A stretch of 63,976 bases of DNA, the filler included, from Corallochytrium limacisporum Hawaii (lineage: Eukaryota; Protista; Pluriformea), in NCBI GenBank assembly GCA_002811645.1. It is 5 parts of 5 records of this genome, joined end to end, with 100 filler letters (N's around TTAATTAATTAA, not from the genome) between each part and the next. Parts side by side here need not be neighbours in the genome. Positions count along the whole stretch, not along the records: positions 25,684 to 43,161 come from PDIP01000168.1; positions 43,262 to 61,111 come from PDIP01000019.1; 3 more parts are not named here. The stretch is one strand, 5' to 3'. Of this stretch, positions 33,501 through 43,276 are shown one piece after another. A program made the position numbers and the translations under genes. Below the pieces are notes generated by a model, which was not told where the DNA came from, searched no databases, and worked only from the letters and a program-made list of their open reading frames with translations. The stretch's first letter is position 1. Each line of letters opens with the position of its first letter.

Positions 33501-33744
33501 CTGCAGAGCCTCCGGCACGGAACTGCCACCACTGCTTCTGCTCAGCGTTGACCGACACATTGCTTGTTACGTGTCGAAACCGACAAAGAATTTGACTGCG
33601 GTCACAGCTCTGAATGCTCTGCTAGCAGAACTTGACGTTGCCAGCAAAGGCAGCCCGCAGATGGCCATGGCGATGCTGCCAGAGGAGCCTGTTAACTTTG
33701 AAGCACTGCTTAGTCAGGGCAGAGCTACCACGGGAGGTAAATAA
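30511..33744 (+). CDS. Alanyl-tRNA synthetase, divergent, probably mitochondrial (5' end uncertain)
   Basis: SLLFVNAGMVQF, QRCIRAGGKHNDL..VG..ARHHTMFEMLG, DNFW..G..GPCG, EIWNLVFM, VDTGMGLERLA, ADHLR, FYAEGGGQIADHG, editing motifs HHTATH and ELCGGCH. The frame is open from a GTG at 30454; the first ATG is 30511. Confidence 0.92.
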   Translation: MQRWTTALLRRHFVDYFANHAAVKHRPTPGASVVPQAGDRSLLFVNAGMVQFRNVFSGNEEPKVPAATSIQRCIRAGGKHNDLSQVGYTARHHTMFEMLGTFGFRNAYSKDQTIAMAWDYLTGPGPARLALPQHQLVVSVHREDKESYDIWHRSVGIPPARILRLGDEDNFWSAGDGPGPCGHSTEIFWWHKAPDYPTAGSTTAATSTDHPTPREEDLLEIWNLVFMNKQRRKAPDGSLVVENAPPELGMQVDTGMGLERLASVLQGARPEEGSWASDGFRELEAGIATALGLSYVDGRLLSAAGTGGSMSAAAVPLLRITADHLRTVSALVAEGLSVGPTGRDYVVRRLARRLIAAVHNLEGLYVGSAADESLPARSPRPQLLLPRLCDVLTETLTAQDAEHWQDIIASADGLKSMLTAEEQGFLDLLRKGTEHLMSAIEKTGGTVSADELFTLHDSHGLPLEVAEMLLTTRGLTYDAPGVEALMALQRQRSRDDQAAGGGVTGAGALNATHGAASGPFFDTGSAQVVEIESMALAIGSGGVGSFVNDAVDATAAATVEAEVRGVRRDVRDASMLWLALNPCPFYAEGGGQIADHGSVAVLGGSADSDSPLCATVCDVQMVDGHTPAVCVQLPDRSASGDTSNPVSLSVGTKVRCVVDHERRNDLAVHHTATHVLGAALRNVLLRPQMSAGSGAEGSEPGRQEARSPGKPTKNNGRGKSARALQSPVQVSSITQAGSLVEPHRLRFDFFFPRALTSTELAAIEDFMNDVGRRGGSLAVMEMDLQEAVHEHGAVAHFQDKGVYESKGKASGNSDSHVRVVEIPGVSIELCGGCHVPDVSRIWPVVLASETSCGKGKRRIEAHAGDAAVRYLRHSRQAAVDATRALGGKVPNLPALSSASSADGDWLRGEALTSALALATSMATKRGQDATDRAKTLKTLLVRAVTPTEPTATTTLVGQTAALFVLGGSSDPEGLRNVLQALGPNVVLKDAYGLLQTHCRASGTELPPLLLLSVDRHIACYVSKPTKNLTAVTALNALLAELDVASKGSPQMAMAMLPEEPVNFEALLSQGRATTGGK

Positions 33745-33812
33745 ACACTGTCTCTCTTATCTATTAGAAATCCATATTCGTCACAACCATGTCGATCTGT
33801 GGAAAACCTGGT

Positions 33813-35402
33813 TCAGTCCTCGTCATCGTCGTCACCATCGCTATTGTTGGCATCCTCGTCCTCGTCAGCATCGTCAATGATCAATTTGCGGTATCCGCGC
33901 ATGTTACGCTGCAAAATCTCACTCAACGGGCCCAAGAGCCGCGTAAAAGATGCTTTGTTGAGCACGACGCATTCCACGTCAGTGTCTGCCACGACTGTTG
34001 CCTGCCGAGGCGCATCGTAGAGCAAGGAGATCTCGCCAAAATAGTCCCCCCGTCGTAGGCGGTTCACTTCTTCGGGCTTCTCGTCCAACGCGCTCAGAGA
34101 ACCCCCGGCTGGTCTCCGCACTGTGTCGTCCCCTTCCGGCTGCTGGTCTTGTTCTTCCGCGATCCCTGCCAAAGCTGACTTCTGTGATGTCAGGTCTGCA
34201 CTGCCTCGCTGCGTGGTGGCACTGCTCGCCCTCCGTTCTGGGTTGGTGATCAGTGTACTAACGGTCTTAATAACCCGTGCTTCACCTCTCGTGATGATGT
34301 AGAAGTCCTTGCCACCCATATTGTCCTGCTCCACAATAGTGGAACCAGCCGGAAAGCGCGCCGGTTCCATGGCGTCCGCAATTTTTGATCGTTCCTGCGA
34401 GCTCAGAGTGCTCAAAAGCGGTACGTCAGCCAGAAATCCTTCGTATTCCTTACGCTTTTGGTATGCAGCGCCGAGGATGATGGTCCGGAACGTGTGCCGA
34501 TCCATGGCCCAGCACTTGGACGGTTCCGTGGCTGTGACAGTGGCCTGGCGCGCCGTGTTGTACATCAACGCCAGTTCGCCAAAGGAATCACCAGGTACCG
34601 CCTCTGCGACAATCTTCTGCGGTCGCTGCCCGTCATCGGACGCCCCAGTGACGTTGTCAACAAATGAGTCGTTGGCCATCGACGCCTTGCGGTGCTGCTG
34701 CTGCTCCACTCCACTGCCGTCAACGACAACACCGTCGCTGGCGGGCACAGCGGCGGGCTTAACGGCTGGTGCAGCACTGCTCCCGGTGTCCGTGTCGGCA
34801 CTTTGTTCTTTTTTAGGTTCTGCAGCACTAGTCGATGACTGCTGCTGCTGCTCTTCTTCTGGTGCCTCAACTCCTGTTGACGGTCTCCTCGCTTGTTCAG
34901 CTGCAATCTCAGCCGCACTCATATTGATGGTAATGCTGAAATGCCCAGAGTCCACCACATAGAAGTTATCCCCTTCGTCGCCCTGCCTGATGATTGAGTC
35001 ACCTTTCGCTACGGCCACCTCAAACATCGCCTCCAGTACCCGCGTGCGTTCCGTCTCCTCCAAATTCTTGAATAAGAGATTGCTTCCACAGGCCTGGCGA
35101 AGACGCTCCATTTCCTCCGGTGTCTTTGGGCGCCGGGGCAGTGCTGCGTAGGATTCTTTAAAATTCTGTGACGGCACAAAAGACTCCGCACTAACACTGA
35201 ACCGCCGACCACGGCTGAAGTATGCTAGGTGTGCTTCGTCAAGTTCTTGGGCCTCTACATTCCTTGCCGCCTCGCCAATACGACCGATATTGAAGCCCTG
35301 AGACACTGCTGAACGTGCAAGTTCATAGCCAGAGAATTGCCCACTTCGGCCTGCGCTGCCATTCGGGTTGTCGTCGATGCGTTGGCGTTTGGAATCCCGC
35401 AT
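33813..35402 (-). CDS. cAMP-dependent protein kinase regulatory subunit
   Basis: Inhibitor site RRFSVSAE; two cyclic-nucleotide-binding domains (IIRQGDEGDNFYVV...FGELALMYNTARQATV; FGEISLLYDAPRQATV...FTRLLGP). Confidence 0.94.
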   Translation of the reverse strand: MRDSKRQRIDDNPNGSAGRSGQFSGYELARSAVSQGFNIGRIGEAARNVEAQELDEAHLAYFSRGRRFSVSAESFVPSQNFKESYAALPRRPKTPEEMERLRQACGSNLLFKNLEETERTRVLEAMFEVAVAKGDSIIRQGDEGDNFYVVDSGHFSITINMSAAEIAAEQARRPSTGVEAPEEEQQQQSSTSAAEPKKEQSADTDTGSSAAPAVKPAAVPASDGVVVDGSGVEQQQHRKASMANDSFVDNVTGASDDGQRPQKIVAEAVPGDSFGELALMYNTARQATVTATEPSKCWAMDRHTFRTIILGAAYQKRKEYEGFLADVPLLSTLSSQERSKIADAMEPARFPAGSTIVEQDNMGGKDFYIITRGEARVIKTVSTLITNPERRASSATTQRGSADLTSQKSALAGIAEEQDQQPEGDDTVRRPAGGSLSALDEKPEEVNRLRRGDYFGEISLLYDAPRQATVVADTDVECVVLNKASFTRLLGPLSEILQRNMRGYRKLIIDDADEDEDANNSDGDDDDED

Positions 35403-37250
35403 AGTTTTGAATGTGTTCTAGTTACAAAGGAACAAGTGACTCCGGGTGTGCGTGTGAAATCTCAGGTGAATATTTGCTATTACTTTCCGGGGTCATTTTG
35501 TGATTGTTGCCTTTATTTCCCACCGCGATTAGTTGCAAACACCCTTGCATGAATGTGGGCCACTGATGTTGCTAATGCGTCCGACAGTTACTCCGGTCTT
35601 GTCGATAGGTTTGGTACTCTCAAGTACCAAACATCATCCAACTCTAGTTAGTAAAGGCGTTCTAAAAACTGTGTCTGGAATGGACGACGCTACGGCGCCG
35701 GCAACCCTGTTCCGAAAAGGAAAGAAACAACTATGGACACCGAAAGTAAGAGATGCACGACACCAGAGCACACGTAGGCACAGTGACACGGCGGTGGTGC
35801 ACAACCCGGGCCCTCGAGGTGGGCCAGTCATAACAGCAACAAGCCAAAGGGTAACCAAAGCACGAAGAACAATCGAGTTGGCCAACCTCTCACCCTAAGC
35901 CGCAGCAACCGCAACCCTTCGAAACAAAGAAAAGGGGCCCAACACTACAAACTGGGGGAAAAAAGAGGAAACATTGAAAGGTGTCTGAGCCAAAGGGCGG
36001 GAAGTCTAAAGACAGCAAAAACCTTGGTTTATTTTTGGACCGCGCTCCCCCTCTGTCCCGGCGAGAGACCCTCTCTCCCTTACCCTCCCATTCGCTCTCT
36101 CGCTTCTCCGTTTGGCCGTCTCGTCCCTCCACTTCCGTCTAATCTTCCCTCTTGCCGGCGCTGCCCCTTCCATTGTCTGGCACCACTGCAAAACAATAAT
36201 TCCAAGGGAAACAGAGTGCCGGGATGGACGGGTGTGTGCGTGCGGATTGTATGTGTGTGTGTGTGAAGGGGCAAGCAACATACAGGCGGGGGAGGGGAGG
36301 GAGGAATACACCCGACAAGAACCCTATACACACCCTTTTAGTTCTGTTCTTCTTACGGTTACGTGTTATTGTTTATAAACTGGACTCCCGATGATGAGGG
36401 TGCAGCTCCCCAGGAGGGGGGGGGGTTTGGGGTTTTCCCGCACAATCGAATGGAATTGGAAAAAAAACGTGGTTTGTAAGGAGAAAAATAAAATTTCACC
36501 TTGTCCGGGGATTCTACGGCTTGCTACTTGGTACTGTAATCTATGAGACTTTTCGCCGCAAAGTGGCTGGAGCAAGTGCAGTGGGGTCACGGTTACCGGC
36601 CGGGACTACACACCGAATGCTACACAACTTCTAGTGATTTGGGAGGAGGGGGGAATATTCCTGGGAGGTTATAGTGATTGTCGGTATATATTAATATTAC
36701 ATTTGATATACTAATATTTAGTTAATGCAATAATTTCATAGAAGTCAGTATGTATAAGATCATGGGGGACCAGTCGATTGGGGTACTCGACCGCAGTTCG
36801 AGGCAACTGGGCGGGGGTACAAGGTTGGTACTACGGGCGTAGGGGGAGTTACTTTTTTGGTTTTGGGTCCCCATTCCGAGAGCGGCAACGGGCGGTTAGG
36901 GACAGTCCTTGGGTGCCCCCCCCGGGGGGGGGGGGCCCGGGGGGCCAAACCGAAAAATCAGGTGTCTGCTTTCGTCACCCGAGCGGCCAACCTCTCATCG
37001 CTGTGCTCACCCTGGCCATCGCTGGCCTGCTACGGTGCCCCAGGGATCTCTCCGTGAATGTTACAGATTGGCCCCTGAACCGAAACGGGTGGTCTATGCG
37101 GTAGAGCTGACACAGTAGTAACCAATAAATAAAACTACTCAAGTAATCACGACACCCTTGTGGCAAGGGACATCCTTCAATGGATGGTTTTTCTCTTGGG
37201 CTTCGGGACCTTTCCAGGATGCCTCAGGGTACTTGACACGGATTACCTTG

Positions 37251-38370
37251 ATGCAGTTCAAATTTCATTCAACCGTTTGCTTTGTGACCATCATCGCGGT
37301 TCTGATGGCAATCCGCAATGGCACTTGCAGTCACAGTGCTGACCTTGCTAAAGAATACCTACCCAACATGGATCTGAGTATGAGCGTCTCGGGCACTGCC
37401 CTGTACATGGGTAACCCCGTACACACAGTCCTAGGCTATTACCTGGGAAGGTACTTTTTCTGGAATTCCAAAGATCTTGACGTTGACATGACTGGAAAGA
37501 ACGTCCTCGTAGTAGGGTGGTAACGCTGGCATCGGCTTCAGTACAGCCAAGTCCCTGGCCAAACTCGGAGCCATTGTGCACATTGTGTGTCGCAGCGAAG
37601 AAAAAGGAATGAAAGCAGTTGAGGACATTAAGGCAGAGTCGAGAAGCGCCACGGATCGGATCCATCTGCATATCTGCGATGTCAGTAGCTTAAAACAGAT
37701 CCGGTCATTTGTTCCAGAATTCAAGAAAGCTGTCAAAGGAAAACTTCATATTCTGGTCAACAATGTGGCAGTGATGCTGAGGAGCTGGCGCCAGACAGAT
37801 GAGGGCTTTGAGAGCAGCACGGCTACCAATCTCGTGGGCTTCTATTTGTTGACCGAATTATTGAAGCCTTTGCTCATTGACACTCGGAAAGCGCGTATGG
37901 TCAATGTGGTGAGTGCGGGGATGTACACATATCCGCTCAACACACACTACCTCGCGCAACTGCAGTCTCCAAACCATAAGAAGAGTTACGATCCCGTTAA
38001 AGCATACTCTACGCACCACCGGGCGCGTGTGGCATTAACGGAGCGATGGGCCGAAGAACTGAAGGACAAGGATGTGGTCGTGAATTGCGTACACCCGGGG
38101 TGGGTGGACACTCCAGGTCTAGCCTACAGTCCCATTGCATGGTTCCACAAGCTCATGTACATGACGCTGCGTAGTGATGCGGAAGGAGCAGACACTGTTA
38201 TCTGGTTGGCCGCCAGCGAGAATCCACGGGCTGCTAAAGTCACGGGCAAGTTCTTTTGGGATCGCGCGGAACGGGCCACGTCCTTACCATTTGCCTGGAC
38301 TGCTCACAGTCAAAAGGATGTGGATGAGACCGTGGCAATGCTTGATCGATTCATCGCACCGGGAAAATAA
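37251..38370 (+). CDS. DHRS12-like short-chain dehydrogenase/reductase, interrupted by a +1 frameshift at about 37515-37523 (recoded gene, pseudogene or sequence error)
   Basis: Frame 1 reads ...DLDVDMTGKNVLVV-G-W-stop. The +1 frame continues GGNAGIGFSTAKSLAKLGAIVHIVCR...LVNN...VVSAGMY...VHPGWVDTPG...GADTVIWLA. Confidence 0.8.
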
Positions 38371-38484
38371 GGAATTGAATTAAACGTATCTGTTTCGAAT
38401 CGACTGAGTTTCCAGGGCTGCGAAGGCGATAAAACCATACACCCAAATAGTTGGCTACAGAATGTGATGTGGCACGGGGGCCTT

Positions 38485-40025
38485 TTATAATGTAGTTCTG
38501 AGAATGGCCTCAATCTCCGAACGCGGCCTAGCGTGCCTCCCAAACTCACGCAAGTTTGGTTCATGCCGCTGCAGCCCGGACAGGTGCTGTCCATACTGGC
38601 GCAGAATGTAGTCCTTCTCGTAGCTCCATTCCGTTTGCGTTGCACTGGGCTTCCTGCCTTCGCGCCGGGCCGCGTGCTTCTTCCTTTTGCGGTTTGCATT
38701 GTTGCCCAGACTGTAGCTCTCGTGGTGCACGGCACTGTTTTTGTGACTGCCACCACCGCTACTGCCATTAGCCTTCTTTTGCTTCGGGCCTGCTCCCAGA
38801 GTCGGGTGGTTCCAAGCGGCGGCACGATTGATGGCCTGGACCCTACGCTCAAGAGTCTCCCGCCAATTCTCGGCTGTACCGAACTTGGTGAGGCACTGAC
38901 TCTTGATCTCTGCACGTGAGTAGAAATCAATATACGGCGTCCGATACTTAGGACTGCGGATCAGGACTGGTGTCAAGGGTTCCAGGTCGGTATCTTCCAG
39001 CAGGAAGAATTGCAATGCATCAAGCCGTGTGCACAGACCGTATTTTTCTGGATGGGTCCGCTCGCAGACCTCGCAAAGAGCCACCCCCAGGGGAATGTAG
39101 GTGTAGGAAGTAAGCTTGTCATTGCGGCATTCAACACATATTTGGTGCCGGAAGAAATTGTACACAGTGCGCCAGGAATTGTCGAAGCTTTGGGGCATCT
39201 CGGCCATTGGGTGCCTAGTTTTGGCCTCCTGAAGGTAACCGAGCTTCAGACAACGCTGGTACCAAACTGCAGCGTCCGAGATTGCCGAGTACAGCATCCG
39301 ATTCGCGAGGGAGAACTGGACCATGTCCGGCATGGTCATGTGCTCCGCAATTCGACGCAGGAGATCCGACGGGAGTCGTTCAGAAATATCCAAGGCAGTT
39401 TCGGTATAAAATGGATGCAGTGGGTCACCTTGTTGGTCGCCATCTAGATAACCGTCGTCAGGATCAGTGTGGTACAATTTAGATCGATCACTGTAGCCGC
39501 TGCTACGGCGTTTTCTGAGTACGCCTCCACATTTGCGGATCTCTGATACCCACCCTCGGTAACATCGCAGTCAGAACCGTCTTCTATGGCATGCTGACTA
39601 CGTTCCTCAGCAGCCGGCTGCAAACCCGCTGCTTCCAAATGATCCCGGTCCCTGAACGTCAGTGATGCTTGCTCTGTCTCATCCATAGTGCTGTCCATTT
39701 CTGCTGGGCCCGTATAATAGAGATCTATCGCCTCATCCAGCGACACGTGCGCCCGAAAGTCGTCAATCAAAATCTCCAACTGCGTCTCTATGGCGGCCCA
39801 TAGCGCCTCCGAGGCAACCTTTTCGTGTATGAAGTGTCGGATCGCTTGCCCGCGCGGTAGCAACAGCTGTACCGCAAGCGCACCCACTGAGTCCTCAAAG
39901 TCGTATACTGTGGTAACACTGCGAATAATCTTCCTACTAATACCTTGCACATGGTTGTGCACGGGGGCGGCAAAGTCAAATATGCTCTGTTCCTCGGACG
40001 AGTTCGTCTCTCTGCCATCGTCCAT
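38485..40025 (-). CDS. F-box protein with an XPA/Rad14-like zinc finger and DNA-binding domain; split across two overlapping frames
   Basis: ORF 39444-40025 has a strong ATG context (aaagaaaaATG) and overlaps ORF 38485-39477, which has no ATG before the F-box (ERLPSDLLRRIAEHM...DMVQFSLANR...DAAVW). Then CVEC-x17-CEVC...HPEKYGL.T...FLLEDTDL...FG..E. Confidence 0.72.
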
Positions 40026-41633
40026 TTTTCTTTGTTTCCATTTCTGCTCCCGGAAACTACTCTTTAGATCACTCTTACAAGAATGTTCTAGCTATGTTCA
40101 TGTTGAAATATACAGTGAGTCAAAAGTCTGTTAATGTTCACGTAGAACTGGATTGAATACCAAGAAGTACCTCAGAAGTAACTCAGCCCCGCCCCCCTCC
40201 CCCGGGGGGGGGGCCGGCTCTATAACTTCCCTACCTACCGCCCGCATGCGAGGGACCGACTCCGTCCCCTGGCCAGCGGCAGACCCGGTAGAATCTCAAT
40301 ACCTCACGCTCAAAACTACGTTCACCACTCCCCGTCCTACCCCAGAAATTGCAAACAGAAAGAGCCGTGTACTGTTCATCAATTCCGAACCAGTGTTATC
40401 AGTGGGTAGATGTGTCACACCAACACAGTTCCCTAGGTGCACACAGCCAAACATTACGTACCCACATAATTGTATAGTTGGGCTGCCCAAAGCGACATTT
40501 GACAAAGGTGCTTTCAGGACTATCGGAGCATGTCAAGTCAAGCTGCGATCTCTTCGAGTCTGTGGAATGGACCAGTGACGCTATGGAGGCCACAACTTGA
40601 GCAAGAAAGGACACATCTAGCAGATGCTGGCCCGGTTCAGAGAAGACACAATGGGATGGCGGAGGCGTAGGCTTCCGAAACACTCGCATTGGGGAGGTCA
40701 TGGAAGCTCTTAGGGACTCTTCGTTGCTGAAGAATGTACGGTGGCCATCTTGTGTTTGTTTAGCGAGAAATAAAGGGTTCTAAGGTGACGCCCCTTGCAC
40801 GCAGGGCAGAAGGAGTTGAGACCCCATTGGAATACGTGGTGGTATGGAAGCTTCTGGTTTTAGTTTCTCAACGGCAATTGCTTTCTGTTATTGTCCAGAA
40901 CTTCGGCCAACGGCTGAGTGTGGTATGGACATGGTAATATGTCGTAGGGCAAAAAATTTCAAAATATTGATTACCGTAAGTCTTGTTACCATAATGCGCT
41001 GGGATTTAGGGAAAAAGAATCCCATGCTTTTTTCTACACCTGCCAACGAAAAAGAGTGGTGTCACGATAGCCAAAATTTCTGCGATCACGGGATTGGAGT
41101 CGAGTAGTTTAATAGTATAGATATGCGGCACATCGTTACCCTCTGGTAGTTGAATAGTATTGATATGCGCCGCACCGTTACCTTCTGTAAGCATTGTACG
41201 ACTGTGTTGTACTCCGAAACTCCTAAGATGGATCGGTGATTTGGAATCTGTTCTTATGCATCCCTAAGTCTCCCCTTTTCTTTTCTGCAAAATTTGCACC
41301 ATGCTCGGTACGGTGGTCCATGAAATTGAAGGATAATTTAAGTTGCGGTCGCTGAATTCACCACGTCTCCGAGTATTCTTCTGAGACAATATGACACGGC
41401 TACCATAGGTCCCCAGCGTCGGGCACAGGACTATCGCCGAGGAAACCAAAGGATCATTGAATGGAAAGAGCTGGATAGCACCATGATGGAATAGTACATG
41501 TTCATGTCCTCATGGACTCACCCGCACGTCGTATAAAGTCTGTCACGGAGTCACACTGACGTCGAAAGGAGTCTTAAAAAGGAGGATAGGGACCTACCGA
41601 AACTAGGAGTGTATTAAAAGCCTCCCAAACTGT

Positions 41634-42302
41634 TTAGGGGCAAGTGTAAATGTAGCCACTGAAGACACATGTGAGGTACACGTTGTCCTTCGGTGCATTC
41701 GGCACTATAGAGGTTGGCAAAGAATAGAAATCCACTTCGAACGGGAGAATGCCGCTACCAAGGCTCAACGTAAAGGATACATCGGAATCCAGGAGGTTGT
41801 GGTCCACTGTCATGACGTTCACGCTACTCAGGTCATCTCGGGAATTGATGGTGAAGTCCAGGATCTGGTCGGTAGTCATGTGAATGCCATTGACATTCCA
41901 GAACATGAATGAAGCAGCGTTACTAGTTGAGTTCTGCGGCTTAATAAAGTTCGAATCTTCACTGTCGATAGTGCCAGTGATATAATTAGGGCCGTTGGCA
42001 GGAACAGGAATGTGAAGTTCGATCTTCCATGAATTGCACATGAGGGTGGAATCAATCTTGTCCGTCTGGTTGCCACCGCAAAAATATTCAGTTTGAGGAC
42101 CAAAGGCCAAGTCAGAAATGGCTCCGTTACCGCCCTGGTTGACCATGGCGACTGCGTCATCCATCAATGCTTTTCGGATCTGGGCTTCTGCGGCCGCGAA
42201 GTCGGGGTCAGCGGGGCCAGCCAAGAGTGGCTCAACGACCGCAGCAAATGCGCAACTTGCGCTTGCGATAGCAATAACAATAGAGGCTGTAGAGTATTTC
42301 AT
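41634..42302 (-). CDS. Secreted orphan protein (222 aa), telomere-proximal
   Basis: Clear signal peptide MKYSTASIVIAIASASCAFA; beta-rich, four Cys in the mature part, N-glycosylation sequons NQT and NST; coding-like codon usage. Confidence 0.75.
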   Translation of the reverse strand: MKYSTASIVIAIASASCAFAAVVEPLLAGPADPDFAAAEAQIRKALMDDAVAMVNQGGNGAISDLAFGPQTEYFCGGNQTDKIDSTLMCNSWKIELHIPVPANGPNYITGTIDSEDSNFIKPQNSTSNAASFMFWNVNGIHMTTDQILDFTINSRDDLSSVNVMTVDHNLLDSDVSFTLSLGSGILPFEVDFYSLPTSIVPNAPKDNVYLTCVFSGYIYTCP

Positions 42303-43120
42303 AATGACTCTGTGGAGAGCTATACTGGTAGAGTTTGATGTTTCGGGACCGGAGGATCAGATCCACGCGGTTCTGTCTTCCTTAAGTACCCGAATGTCCG
42401 ACAAGTCTATCTCCCACGGCCACGGGGTATCTCAATGTTCTGGTGCAAATTAAGGACAGTCCTAAGGATACAGGTATGAATGCAGTTTGATGACTATTTC
42501 ACAGACGAAGGGCCTTGCCAGATACACACTGTACCGACAGAGTGCCCTAGCATTGTGAGAGACTATGGTCGATGGCAAACTGGGGCGCCTGGCCCTTTCC
42601 CTCCCGCCCTTCCTTCCTTTTCTCATAGTGCGCACTATCCTGCGAAAGTTGACCGACCAAACGGCATGCAAACTGGGTACCGGAATTTCGGCTCCCCAAT
42701 AGTGTGGAAAATGTCATTAATGTTCATGCGCTCGCCAAAAGCCGTTGCCGGTAGTTGCAAAAAAATTAGAGATATGTCATGCAACCCTACGGGCGATCGT
42801 ATAATATAGCGAATGGAATGCAGCGCTCGGCTGTTCGTATATACATTCGCATTGGCAATAAACTCAGGTAAGGGACAAAGGGTACACATCGGTCGTGAAA
42901 ACCCCCTCACCTTTAAAATCGTCAACGAAATCAAGATTCTGACAAGCCTACTTACAATCACTGTATGGTACCTTCCGTACCGCACCTTCCAGTTCGGTTT
43001 GAATGAGCGGTGGTGGGTGATTCTTTGACTCCAAGACCAGACGGAGAGCACCCGACGCCGGTACGCAGTTGCCCCTTACTTGGATCCCAAGTATTCGGAG
43101 GCGGAGGAACTGGAAATAAA

Positions 43121-43161
43121 TAGGGTTAGGGTTAGGGTTAGGGTTAGGGTTAGGGTTAGGG
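43121..43161 (+). repeat. Telomeric (TTAGGG)n tract at the 3' end of contig B
   Basis: TAGGG plus six TTAGGG units running into the spacer; the G strand points outward. Confidence 0.9.
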
Positions 43162-43261
43162 NNNNNNNNNNNNNNNNNNNNNNNNNNNNNNNNNNNNNNN
43201 NNNNNTTAATTAATTAANNNNNNNNNNNNNNNNNNNNNNNNNNNNNNNNNNNNNNNNNNNN
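43162..43261. other. Artificial contig spacer
   Basis: 44 N + TTAATTAATTAA + 44 N. Confidence 0.97.
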
Positions 43262-43276
43262 CCTAACCCTACCTAA
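43262..43276 (-). repeat. Short or degenerate telomeric (CCCTAA)n remnant at the start of contig C
   Basis: CCTAACCCTACCTAA forms the very first bases of the contig. Confidence 0.6.

Noticed and set aside
43121-43276. Apparent head-to-head telomere fusion (TTAGGG...CCCTAA)
   Set aside because: The two tracts are on different contigs joined by the artificial spacer, so the adjacency is not biological evidence.
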